NCBI RefSeq assembly: GCF_002113885.1
Contig: NW_018408917.1
Coordinates: 124,001 to 188,000, forward strand
Source: Mizuhopecten yessoensis
Taxonomy: Eukaryota
Length of the DNA: 64,000 nucleotides
Direction of reading: 5' to 3'
Positions 51,382 to 63,464 of this stretch are shown here, piece after piece. The number at the start of each line of letters is the position of its first letter. Position 1 is the stretch's first letter. The position numbers and the translations under genes were made by a program. The notes beneath the pieces were generated by a model. That model saw nothing but the letters and a program-made list of their open reading frames with translations, had not been told where the DNA came from and did no database searches.

Positions 51382-54300
51382 TCACTCCTTGGTGACACTG
51401 TCCGGTATTTCTGTCTTAATGACAATCTGCTCTGCTTCATCGCTAAGGTGATCATACAGAGGAAACTCACAGCAGCACAGACACTTCAAAGCCCTTGGGA
51501 GGGCTCCATAACAGCCCGTGGGGAGAGGGATAAGGGGACTTGTCCTGTTCTTGAATATCAAATAGCCTTCATCCCTGTAAAATGCATATATAACTAATAA
51601 ACCTTATGTGTAAAACATTTGTATCGAAAAAGTTTTTTCATCAACTGATAAATATTCATTACCATGCTTTTTGATAAGGATATGCAGCAAATGTGTATTA
51701 GATAAACATGTGTAACAACTGAAAAATGATTAAAATATCAGGACCATGTATTGAAATCTTACTAAGAACCTGAACAAGAAAACTTGAAAACTAAAGAAGA
51801 TAAACACAAACACATCTTTATTGAATGTTTGGTCTAATATCAATAAATCTTACTGTCTGAAACGTTCATCTGCCTTTTTCTCGAGAAGAGGGATACCACT
51901 GAGGAACAATAGGATTGCCATGGTGAAAAGTGGACTTAGGACGGCTGACCACTGTCCATCCCACAGGATACTGGTACTGATAATGAAGATCCCTAACCAC
52001 AATGTAATCTCTCCGAAATAGTTAGGATGTCGGCTAACACTCCATAGACCTGTCAATTCAAACGTAGAGTTATCTCCCTGAAATAGTTAGGATGTCAGCT
52101 AACAATCCATAGACCTGTCAATTCAAACATGTAGAGTTATCTCCCTGAAAATATCATATTCGTTTTTATGTAAGTTCAACTCTTAAAACATTTTTACTTA
52201 AATGTTTCTAAAACTAGGCACCTCAACCCTGGCATTCCTCCAAAAAAATGCTTAGGTCATTTTATGTACCTTAAATAAAATATACAAGTTATCTTTGTAT
52301 GTACGTTAATTTTGTTAGTGCATGGTGAAATAAATTCCTTTATAAGAAGAGCAAAACATAAAGTTTCTAGCACATCATAAAATATTAATTAAATCTGCAT
52401 TTTCAGAATTCTGATTGGCCAAGATACATGGATGGTCATGTGTGAGACACTGTTTCAGTATATTAACTTGATGTTACTTAACTTTTTTTAGAAACAACAG
52501 ATTGATAATGCTTTATGACGACTCTTTTATTGTGCTTTCTTGCCAAATGCAGTACTTTTCTCTTGACAATTTAATTTTTCCACTTTCTTTGATGATAACA
52601 ATCAGCATAATTTCATATTTGATAAAACAGTAAATTACTTAAGTTTCCACGATTAAGTATTATTTACCCCCAACTTTATCACGGTTAAAATATTTTTCTC
52701 ATGTCCATATAACAACAGAGTTCACCTCAACTTAAGTCCATAATTGTTAAATATACCAAATAAAATCCTAACATACTCACCAACATCACACCATTTTCCT
52801 TTATTAGCTGGATTATTTCTGAAGTTAAATTTCTCAATGTCACCAATTGTCTCTGATAGTAGACCAACAACGAAAAAAAATGCACCAACTATATCCTGAG
52901 GTGTCCAGTCATTATCAGGGTTCAACTTGACTGAACTGGACGGAGCATTTACAAAAATGACTGGCAAGCTGACAGTGAACACCCAAACTGCCTACAAAAA
53001 AAATAAAAAAATGATAGTTAATGCCTACGCAGGATGTTGTTACGAAACCAGTGTTAATACGAAGGGGTTGTTGGTTGGTTTTATGGAGTTTAATGACCTA
53101 TAAAGAGTAATGTAATTTTGGATGTGCCTCCATGGGTGTAATGTAGGCATGCATGTTTGTGCGCTGGTGGTCAGGTATGTGAGTGTGATAACCTCCTTAC
53201 GAAAGTGTGGATCTAATGCTGACTTTATAGTGCTACCTCACTGTAATACCATGCTGAAGGCACCCGGTACGGTTTTCAGCCCCCTCACAATGGGTGAAAC
53301 AATTATTGCCATTTTTCTAATTGCTTTTAACATGAATAACAATTGCCATTTTTAAAGACTTTGGTTTACCCGGGTATGGGGACAGAACCCATTGCCTTCC
53401 TCCCCTGGGCGAGTTTTCAACATTAAAGCCAAAAGTGAGGTAGTGTCAGGTATTATACACTAGGTAACCAAGGCAGTTTATAGATGTAAAGCGAAATACG
53501 AAGACTTTAAATATTGCAATGGGTGCAGCAGATATATTTTGATTGCTGTTCTGTATATCCCCAGACACAAATGCAAATCCCATTTTTCTGCAGGGGGTTG
53601 AATGCAGATGGGAGACATGCATTATGCCTTCTTTATGAGTTGATCATTTTATAATGGAATACAGTAGATTTTGCTTAATATCACTTCGCATTTGTCAGAG
53701 GAAAACATGATATTAACCGGAACGTGACATTATGAGGAAACATGTTATTCTGACCATACAGGTAAATGGGGTCGATCTATTTTTCGGCAGTCAGTTATGT
53801 GTGAAAAAGGCACCGTTAGGTCGTGACATTGTTTACATAGCGCATCCAGTTGTGACACAAGATCCCTGGGGCATAAATCATTGATTCTTATTATCATTTA
53901 CCTATGATTTGCTTTGTGGCAGTGGCCAAAATAAAGTGATACTAAGTGAAATTGACATAAAAACAAGTGATATTATTAAATAAAAGAATCGCATTCCATA
54001 GATTATATAGCAGGAAAAATGGTGCATGAAGAAAACATAACAATAACTGAAAAGTGATATTAAGCAACGTGATATTATGTGAAATGTACTGTAATTACAT
54101 TAAGTTTCCAGTTGCTTAACCAGTAGCATAATCAACTCTTATATTAGACTGAGGGGAAGGCTGCTTTCTGAGGTTTTTACCAAAGCTGGCTGGAACAGTG
54201 CTATTGATAGTCAAACAGCGTTCTTGTGAATTTGTTTCATGATATTTTGTTGGGTCTCGCAAGCTGACAGGAAAAGCAAATTTACTAGGGTTAATTAATT

Positions 54301-55529
54301 ATATAAGGTGCTCATCATGAACTCAGTTATAAACGAGTTTTAACAAAGAAGCTACCAGTGAATTTAAACAAAACCTGATTTAATCAATCTTTGAAGACTC
54401 GTCTGAAACAAGTGATTGGCCATAAATTTACTCAATCAATCAATAAAATATTTTATTATAGTGTCACATGTTAATTACATATACATAAAACAGATACATT
54501 TTACACAATCAGGTAAAACCATATTAACACCCAGCCATAACTGACTTATGAGACACTTAAAACAATTTAACATTAGTCATCACACTTGCTTCATACCTGA
54601 AATATCCAGAAACCTGCAAAAGCTAGACAATTTTCTCGTTTGTCATCAAATCTTTTGTCTTCTCCAATTTTGATGATTCTGTACAGAAGGTATCCGGACA
54701 GCCTTATCCCCCAGGCACACACAAATACAGTCACACATATCTGTCTCCAATTGTATGTCTGAAGTCGGAAAAGAAGGACTTTAATTCACATTTCAATTGT
54801 ATTTATTCAGTTTTAATGGTGAGACACAACTCAAGAGCGTTGTAGGATATACATTATAGAGGATTTCACTGAGCTTACTCAGTCTTGAATGAACTTAAAA
54901 GAATATGATGATTCCATAAACTAATTTTTATAAGACATAGAGTCCCACTACTTTCTTCTATATTATATATTTAGGCCTGGAGGAAATTATCTTCCTGTTA
55001 AACTAATGTTGCCTCTTATAAAAAAAACCATAAATGATAATGTACAAGCCTTTTTCCACAAGTTAGGACATTTAATATGCCGAGTTACATTGTGTGTGCA
55101 AACAAATAAAAATTGCCAACAAATTAGAACTCATTTATGTTGGAAGATATACAATAGAGAGTTTATTTATTGAGTTCTTAACGGCCTATCAACACAGAGG
55201 AGGTCTTTAAAGGGCCAATACAAGGTGGTAGATCTATATAATACAGAGTGACACCGCTCTGCTTTAATCAAACTAACATTGCATGTTTCTTATCTTATTT
55301 CAACTTTATGGTTTTACTCAATGATATTTTTAATTTTTTTCCCAAAACTTACCTGTGCTAATAAAAAGGTGAGTAAGGCTAAAACAACGAAGTTTGTACC
55401 CCCAGCAAAGTCTGTAACTTTGTCAAATTTACAGCTACACGCCACCAGAAAAAAGGTGAACTGCATAGCAATTGTAACTATGGCACAAATTGCCAAGTTG
55501 TTTTCATCGGCATCAAACACTAGAACCAT
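51382..55529 (-). CDS. DUF1295 family (steroid 5-alpha-reductase/ICMT-like) multi-pass membrane protein, ~312 aa
   Basis: Exons 55529-55353, 54758-54597, 52991-52781, 52049-51854, 51574-51382 in phase; motifs [61 protein letters not shown]. Confidence 0.93.
53065..53450 (-). mobile_element. Diverged copy of the Meta-type SINE (intronic)
   Basis: Colinear with ~2275-2685 (GACTTTATAG.GCTACCTC.CTG; AAAGACTTTGGT; GGGGACAGAACCC; GCCAAAAGTGAGG); lacks the 5' structured extension. Confidence 0.75.
53662..54091. mobile_element. Tc1/mariner-pogo-like MITE
   Basis: TA|CAGTAGATTTTGCTTAATATCAC ... GTGATATTATGTGAAATGTACTG|TA with repeated GTGATATTA subterminal motifs. Confidence 0.65.
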
Positions 55530-55733
55530 GTTGATGATTGATGGTTTCTCTGAAAAAAAAGGAAAAGAGTTGTTTCACATATATATCAGTTTTTTAATTC
55601 AAGCAACACTGTATTAAAATACAAAAGACTTAACTGTTTTCAGCAGAGATATCAGCAGATAATCATTACAATGTATACTTCATTCCAGTTACATGTCTGT
55701 TAACTTCTATACAATTGTAGGTAATATATGTAT

Positions 55734-55854
55734 TAGCCCAAGTTTCCTCTGGCCCTGACACTAGACTTAGATATTTTGACAGATAGATGTCACAACAGAC
55801 ATCTATCTGTCAAAATGTCTAAGTCTAGTGTCAGGGCCAGAGAAACTTAGGCTA
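55734..55854. mobile_element. Near-perfect 121-bp palindrome (hairpin MITE, TAG...CTA termini)
   Basis: ~57-bp arms with 6-nt loop ACAACA; flanks GTAT/GTAA. Confidence 0.8.
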
Positions 55855-56095
55855 GTAATTATAATTGACTGAAATAATATGATACAAGTATATTTTGTTC
55901 AGGTCTATGATACCATGCCAACGTCAATTGCACTACATTTACCGACAGTCAGTATATACGTAGTATATACCGTGCATGGCAGTCAAATACTGTATTTTGT
56001 TTCACAGTGACAGTGGTGAACTGTCTGGTAGTCAATTGTTACTGACTTGGATGTAGAGGGATCATAGACGGATCGTATTGCCCTTTAGATTGATT

Positions 56096-56477
56096 TGTAA
56101 CAGGAGAGGAAAAATGAAAGGCCAGACTGGGGTTCGAACCCTGGACCCTCCGAACTCTAGATGGACACTCTACCAATTGAGCTATCTGGTCGCAGACGAT
56201 CGACCCAGTCCAGTTCCACTACATTCCTCCCTCCTTTAACAAAGTCTTCGACCCCGAAGACACAACTTTTTACAACCCAGGTTCAGATATCCTGTGTCAA
56301 GCATACACCAAATGCTTGAAAGAAGGGTTGGTCACAGGTACCACTGCAACAGGAGAGGAAAAATGCACGGCCAGACTAGGGTTCGAACCCGGGACCCTCC
56401 TAACTTTAGACGGACGCTCCATCAATTGAGCTATCTGGTCGCCGACGATCAAATTAACCCAGTGCAGTTCCGCTACA
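56096..56477 (-). mobile_element. Complete non-autonomous mini LTR retrotransposon (TRIM, Ajax-like) with tRNA-derived LTRs
   Basis: Direct repeats 56096-56223 and 56345-56477, both TG...CA; 4-bp TSD GATT; PBS-like TGGTACCTGTGACC (56343-56330); PPT AAAGGAGGGAGGAA (56237-56224); A and B boxes in each LTR. Confidence 0.88.
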
Positions 56478-56683
56478 GATTAGTTGATTAGTAAAATACT
56501 GGAAAATATACAATAGTCTTCAATACAGTAGGGTAAACCATTTTATATTTTTACAAATTTACAAACCATATGAAGGTAACTGTGACATACGTGTATGTTG
56601 ACCCAGTTTTAGCGGACTAGATCAACTCCCAACAGCTTTCTAACATTTGCATTTTTACCAACAAACATCCAGTATTTACTTAC

Positions 56684-56860
56684 ATCAGTCAGTCTTCTGA
56701 AATACTGCAATCCTCTGTGATTTTTCGTGCGGACAAACCTCGTTACTTACAGATAACACATTCAATATTATAAAGTTATATAACCCCTTTATCAAGTGTG
56801 CACGTGCTCTTCAGCGTGACAGCGACTTGTTTACAATTTCCTGTCATTTGTCGCTTAGGC
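56684..56860 (-). other. Probable non-coding first exon of the DUF1295 gene
   Basis: Minus-strand GTAAGT donors at 56683 and 56750; acceptor at 55550-55551; upstream boundary approximate. Confidence 0.5.
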
Positions 56861-57019
56861 TCTGAACAATAACATCGCTTAAATATCTACAAAATAATCA
56901 ATTTAAACATAATATTCACCATGTTTCGACTTTAAGATGTATTCATTATCATAATAAAATATTTGTTATCCAAAGTTTAGCACTGTTATAGTCAAAAAGA
57001 ACTTTTTATTTGCAATATT

Positions 57020-57100
57020 CATACCGGAAATAACCCTTAGTCAAATAAAAAGGGGGCGTGGCCTAAACGTTTCATAACAGAAAATTTAGTGCATGCGCAC
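57020..57100. promoter_or_regulatory. Housekeeping-type promoter motif cluster upstream of the DUF1295 gene
   Basis: ACCGGAAAT (ETS-like, ~57023), GGGGGCGTGGC (Sp/KLF GC box, ~57052) and TGCATGCGCA (NRF1-like, ~57090) within 80 bp of AT-rich DNA. Confidence 0.55.
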
Positions 57101-57258
57101 TAGGACTAACAGCAACTTGAGAAGAGGGTACATGTATGATCATGCCTCACAATCACATGCCCAGCGTCTTAGTACAGGTTTTTAGTAAACTCATGACTGC
57201 ATGACCCTCTAGATGTATATGTTGTAGTAGAGTAAGTATTATACTCTATGTATAGTAC

Positions 57259-57285
57259 CACGGAAATTTGTTATCTAAGTCCGTG
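57259..57285. mobile_element. 27-bp micro-element with 7-bp TSD
   Basis: ATAGTAC|CACGGA...TCCGTG|ATAGTAC. Confidence 0.7.
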
Positions 57286-58258
57286 ATAGTACCCATGTAT
57301 CTGGAGGAATTTAAACGAAAATTATTTGAATTTCACAAAACTACTTATAACGTGATTTAAAATAAGTATGTGACAAAATGTCTGCGGAAGAATTCAAATG
57401 TTACAATTTAATCTGCATTAAAGGAATGTAAAAAAAATGTACAAATTTTGAAATAGCAGATATTTTAATATATTTTTATATTATGGGTTGATATTTGTAA
57501 ATGCACGGGGGTTGGGGTGGGACGGACTGTTTTCTGAAAATTTACCATCAGATCTTCTTCTTCTTCTCGATCATGAGAAGTTTTCAAACTTGAAGTTATA
57601 ATGTCACACGTTGGTTAAAATGGTGTAACAGGACTTCTTTTTTAAATGTCATGAATTAAACATGTACATGTATACGCGTGTACGTACAGATAGAGTTTAC
57701 AGCAAGGTTTTGAGAGTGCTAACTACTGGGAGGACCGATAGAAATTCATCCACAGTATTGGCTGAAGCAATAGAGGCAGGTATAGATAATTCCATTAGAT
57801 AATAGATTCTTGACAATATGGCTAAATATCAAGCTGATTAAACACAAGATAACTTAATTCCGTCAGACTGTTTTCACTGCAGGTATGTAAAATATTCCTA
57901 GACTGACAGACGGTTACGACCGATGATTCCAGTAAACCCCATAATTTCGTTGCCGGGTTGGGGTAGAGGGTGGGGTGGGAAGTGGTTATGTAAAAATACC
58001 ATGAACAATAAAAAAAAATGTATTATCTTTGTTTAGCCAAAGATTTGAACAGAATTAGACCGGTTGATTCCCTCCCCAAAATATCGAGAAATCTGTATGT
58101 AGGTACACTTAATACATATAGATATAAGTTTAACTTCATTGATAGGTTATATTTATGCCGTTAAAATACATGTATATTATATTTAGCAAGGACAGTTCGT
58201 GTTTCTGCATATTGAAAAGTCAAATACGTGTACATATGTAGATAATGAAAGTGATATA

Positions 58259-58444
58259 TTCCGTCTTTGCATATTGCAGAGTTATCTTCTCTTGATAACA
58301 GGTATTGATTGTTATGTCACTTGTTTAAGAGAGTAACGTCATCAATTTTTGAGAAAACGACGTGATTTTCTCACACAAACCAATGACGTAACAATCAATA
58401 CCTGCTCCCAAGAGAAGATAACTCTGCAATACGCAAAGACGGAA
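58259..58444. mobile_element. Hairpin MITE, family A copy 2
   Basis: Similar to 3332-3517; inserted in TA-repeat context. Confidence 0.85.
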
Positions 58445-58465
58445 TATATATATGTATAAAATATC

Positions 58466-58597
58466 AAAAGAAAAAATCTCAACAACGAGAACTTCTAACA
58501 CGTCAAGGAGATTCGTCAGACTGTTTATTTGAAGTCTGAAAAAATCTCCTGGAAGAGATGAAAGTACTTAAGACTCGTTGTTGAGATTTTTTCTTTT
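58466..58597. repeat. Imperfect hairpin / small MITE
   Basis: 24-bp inverted repeat AAAAGAAAAAATCTCAACAACGAG / CTCGTTGTTGAGATTTTTTCTTTT plus inner pairing (GGAGATT/AATCTCC, TCAGACT/AGTCTGA). Confidence 0.65.
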
Positions 58598-59056
58598 AAT
58601 GTTATTTCTTAGTCCGTAAGGATCATTTTTCTACTTTTATACTATATAAGTCCAGATTCGTTATAAACGCAAGGAAAACTAGGTGGTAAAATAATAAGCA
58701 ACAGTATACAGTATGGCTGAGCCTCGAGCAAACATAGATAGGCCTAACAATAAACCCCAACAAATAACGGAGTAATGTAATAAAGTAAATAACATATGCG
58801 CTTTGTGTAAATATTAATTACATAAAATTGCCATTAGCAGTAAATGTCATGGCATTTTGTTACACTACGAACCACTGCATTCTGAGTGACCGTTACGCTA
58901 TACAAAACAATATTACGATAACTGTCATACTACACGAGCCACTGCATTCTGACTGACCGTTACGCTATACACACAAAAAGCTGCGCGTGAACGACTGTCT
59001 TACTACAATGAAACGAAAGAACATTTACGATAATGTTCTGGCATGGCTGACTGAAT

Positions 59057-59367
59057 TTCTCATATACCGCTTTATCACAACCTAGTTAGTAGGTCATCTC
59101 AAAGCGGTTCACAGATTGGTATCCGTAGTTATAGGGCCTTTGCAAACAGCCAATATATTTCTCAACTCCCTGAGGAGCATACAGCCAGTGCTGCCATTTC
59201 GGCGCTCACAACTAGCATTCAACAATTCTAGCACTGCCCAACAACGTACTCAAGCGGAGTAAAGTATCTTGCTCAAGGATACAACACAGTGCCGTGGCGT
59301 GACTCGAACCCGCAACCCTTCGGTCACGAGCCCGGCTTCCTACCACTAGACTACCGGCCGTGTCTCC
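59057..59367 (-). mobile_element. CORE-type SINE, second copy
   Basis: Reverse complement of 38277-38631 with a short internal deletion; intact B box GGTTCGAGTC. Confidence 0.85.
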
Positions 59368-59712
59368 GTGTTATAAAGATATGTAAATGCTGAAATCTAG
59401 TTATCCGTTGAATTGTTTAACTGATGTACGCCGGTAACAAAATACCAATCATCGTGTCACTATAATAACTAATGATAAATGGAAACCATCATCGTACATG
59501 AATTGTACAAATACGATAGAATACGTAATTATAAATGAATTCGAACATTTATATGGCACTCGTCAAATAAGTCTTACACGTTTTCATTTTTAGCCAGTCT
59601 CTGCCAACTTAGGGACGAGTATCATAAATTCTATAGGAAGCGGAAACGAATCAAACATTCTTTGTTATAATATTATATACAATTATTTGCGAGAGAAAAA
59701 AAACTGTTTCTC

Positions 59713-59746
59713 CACGGACTTAGATAGCATCTAATCTAATTCCGTG
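59713..59746. mobile_element. 34-bp micro-element with 7-bp TSD
   Basis: GTTTCTC|CACGGA...TCCGTG|GTTTCTC. Confidence 0.7.
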
Positions 59747-60261
59747 GTTTCTCTGACCATCATCAAACCCTCAATGCCACATGTATCACCTTCACTGCTA
59801 CGTCACAATGTCGTGACGTCCTGTCCATAATTCTCATGATGACTTCACAATGGTAAATTGCCTTACGATAGTCAAGTGATTTTAATAGAAATGCTGTCAA
59901 TACGGCCAATAATGTCAAATATGTGGTGATACTGAAATCCCGAACGTAAGAGCGATCGTATACAACATATACATAGTTTCATGTCAATAATTTTACATCA
60001 TTTTAAAATATTTCTTAAAATACCGCAAAACTTCCATAATTTTTTTCTAAAAAAAAGAGTTTTGCTTAGCTTTCTAACGGGTAAATTCTTATTTCGCTAT
60101 AACTCTATGTGCTTCTAGTAAGAAGCAAATTACATGTATTACCTGTTCAGTCTAAAATACATTTGGAATAATTATCAATGTAACCAAAGCTTACATTTAT
60201 ACAAAATCATTTAATATTATTTTTACAACTTATACTAATTACTTTTGATGGTCCGAATGTT

Positions 60262-60402
60262 AGCGCGCGAGTGATCTTACTGTGGGAGGAAACCGGAGTA
60301 CCCGGATAAAACCCACGTAGTCGGGAACATCCGATAGGGGAATCGAACCCCGACCGCCTTGGTGGAAAGGCAAGTGCGCTATCCACTGCGTCAGCCGACC
60401 AT
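60262..60402 (-). mobile_element. V-domain-type SINE fragment
   Basis: Minus strand A box GGCTGACGCAGTGG, B box GGTTCGATTCCC, then GGGTTTTATCCGGGTACTCCGGTTTCCTCCCAC. Confidence 0.75.
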
Positions 60403-61810
60403 CCATTTCTTTTAATTAATGGTATTGAAGTATGGTAAAAAGAATGTGTGACACTAATAAATATTCATTCATTTAATTACGCTTGGATAGTACCAGTGCT
60501 GCGGCAATGAACGCACATTGGCTTAGCGTCTTTCAGTCATTTTGAGACAACCACAGAAGACTTAATTTCTCTGATGCGTTGATGCAATTTTGATTTTGCA
60601 AATAATGCGTGTACGATACTTTGTACCAAAACTTGATTGCACTAATATAAGTATGTTTATAATGTTTTGTTGTATATTTGTAAATGTTGATTTTTTCATA
60701 TATCCAGTTCCGATGAAATTTATATACATTACTTTAAATTTTGTATTACTTACTATAAAATGCGATGTATATTCATCACATTGATAATTCATCTATAATG
60801 ACGACATATTTTGCTGGTATCATTTTCTGTAGTGTGCCTGAGGCGTTATGATGAGTAAATGGGTTTTTTGTAAGGATTACATGTATATAACACATGTAAC
60901 ACCCCGTATTTCACTAAACTAAATCTATGTAAACGAAGTTTTTTGTGTTATGGCTGTCTGGCACTGACAAGTCGTGTTCCTACACCCAGCCTCAAGCCAT
61001 AATACGTAAGAGTATAACTACTACTTCTGGGGGCCATGCTAGTTTACATGAGATAATTATTTTTTCTGACGATGTAGTTTGTGTCATCAGTTTGCTATAA
61101 GATTATACTTTTTATTCGCTGTGTTAGAGCAGGCTAGTTTTATCGAAATATATTTTTTGTATCTTCACTATCGCTATATAATTAAATAATATTTATTTCA
61201 ACGCAAATATTTATGAACAATACATATATTTATTTTGTATGTTAGATATTTAACTATACCACAAAACTTCGTTTGTAATTGTTTCGTTTCCATTTTGCCA
61301 ACAACTTTTTTTGACTGGGCGATTCGTTTTTATAGGGAGACAAATTGAAAGCTATTTTAAGTATATTGTTTTTAATTATAACTTACTGAAGGAATGCATC
61401 AGTGAATTTTGGAGTGTTTTGAAAAGCTAGGTAGTACAAATTATTGTCACTGTAATTTTGTTAGTTTATTAAGAAATACTGTTTCAACGCTTGCTTTGTC
61501 TCTATACACACCAAATCATCATTGAGTAAAATCAATAGATAAACATAAATATTCCAGCTGACTACATTATACTCTTCCATTGATAATGCAAATTACTCAG
61601 GATATACATTTAAGCTTTACAATACATACACAAAAAGTTAATAACGTTGATCAGAACACACTATATGCATTTGATGCGCGGTCAGTTAATACTACCGTCT
61701 GCGCATGACAGCACAAAATCAATTGTCCTTGTGATCCACAAAACATAAGTGACTGTAATCTTTATCTATGTAGTCATTATACTGACACAAAGAGATCGCC
61801 ACTGTTAACC

Positions 61811-62900
61811 ATGGGCACACTGACCATACTGACCATACTGACCACACTACGGTTCCTCGTGCCAATGTTGATATCCTGTGTTAACAGCTCGTCGACTCCA
61901 AGAAGGCCAGCAAGACTCGGAACAGCCGCTTGTGCACAGTTCAGGGAGCACCACGTTTTTAGTTATGACCTACGATCACGTTTAGGTAAACTTTTAATGT
62001 ATTCTTTGAATGCTTGAAATTTCTCAAATGGACTAATTGACAGTTAAAACTATGTGCAGTGTTACTGATTGAGTAAACGCTAAATTAGCGAAAATCTCAA
62101 GACCGCAAAAATATGTATGGTATATTTTCACATTGATTTATTTATTGCAAGATACACCTTCATATGTGTCGAACTTTTGCAAGCAGCTTTAATGGAATAT
62201 GGAACCCATAATATTGTAGCTATATGGACCATTGTGAAAATGTTTATAACTTCTTTTTTCAGTATAAGTAGTATCAAACCTCTGGAACAATGCTACTGCT
62301 TCAAAGCTTTACTAAAATATGCTAATTTATGGTTGGTGTTACTACTGTTTCGTGATGAAAATCGTGCTTTAGATATTAATTGTTATAACTTAGACACGTA
62401 AATACATTTTAACATTTCTGTTACGATTTGAAATAGACTGCATTTGAACACATCTGTTATTGAAATATTATTTTTAGGTGCAATAACCTGTACCAATTCC
62501 TTTCTACTTTCTACGAAGAATAAACTGATTGATATCAAAATATATTTAAATTCTCAAATATTTCAATGTGATTTATTTTAGATATAATGTATTCAGTGTA
62601 AAATGCTGCATTAATTCTAAGTTGGTCATATCTAACCCTATTTATATAATACAGAATTGACTTTATAATTACACGAACTGGATATACCTCAGAAAATATA
62701 AGTACTTACTGATCTGTTTCGGCCAACAGCCCCTGGTCAATGGTCGAGGTGTTATAAAGAGTGTAATGGACCTCACCAGAGTCCGATCGACATCAGACTG
62801 AACTCTGTCCAGTGTATGGAATCAGGAGAGGAGGAATCCCCCATATATGTCTGGTATAGGCGTCACCATGGATACGCTAGAGGAAGCTTCCTCAACAATG
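61811..62900 (+). CDS. Secreted alpha-carbonic anhydrase (nacrein-like N terminus), exons 1-2 only; continues beyond the window
   Basis: Exons 61811-61985 and 62730-62900 (phase 1): signal peptide MGTLTILTILTTLRFLVPMLISCVNS, then VFSYD...L|APGQWSRCYKECNGPHQSPIDI...GSFLNN|G; QSPIDI and NNG(H) are alpha-CA signatures. Confidence 0.88.
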
Positions 62901-62999
62901 GTAAACCTTACATCAGATGTACATATTGATATGTGTCCAATGCTCTGTTGTGATTGCTGTGATGATATTATTACATTTTGCAACACGTCTGTGATTTAA

Positions 63000-63205
63000 A
63001 GGGCCGCGGTGGCCTAGTGCTAGCCCTCCATCACTGGGTCGCGGGTTCGAGGCCTAGCTACTTGGGGCAGTCGCCAGGTACTGGCCGTAGGTCGATGGTT
63101 TTTCTCCGGAAACTCCGGCTTTTCTCTACCACCAAAACCTGGCATGACCTTAAATGTCCATAGCTTAATTAATAGGACGTAAAACACAACCAAACCAAAC
63201 CAAAA
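63000..63205 (+). mobile_element. V-domain-type SINE with TSD (intron of the CA gene)
   Basis: 12-bp TSD TCTGTGATTTAA (62988-62999, 63206-63217); GGTGGCCTAGTG, GGGTTCGAG, GGTTTTTCTCCGG.AACTCCGG, (AAACC)n tail. Confidence 0.88.
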
Positions 63206-63464
63206 TCTGTGATTTAACGGTCGTTTTCTCGGTCAAATACCATGCCTTACTAAAGATTTTATGCATATGGAATCATAACAAACGGTTACCCGGTTCAATT
63301 GTAGGGACGACTTATTCTTGTGTCTAAGATTAGCGTTTTGTGATGCATTATCCTACTGCCACTGCTAAATAATGTTACCACATATTGGAACCCCTTTTCC
63401 TTGACACGGCTATAGTATAGATAAATTATTGCTGGAAAACGTACATTCTGGAGCTTTTATGAAT

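Noticed and set aside
22722-55529. Functional cluster of co-oriented SLC52, PMT and DUF1295 genes
   Set aside because: Co-orientation of a few eukaryotic genes is expected by chance; no evidence of shared regulation.
56123-56440. Two tRNA genes (also tRNA-like sequence at 11274, 20505, 31525)
   Set aside because: Mismatched stems, inconsistent anticodons and embedding in repeat structures; treated as element-derived.
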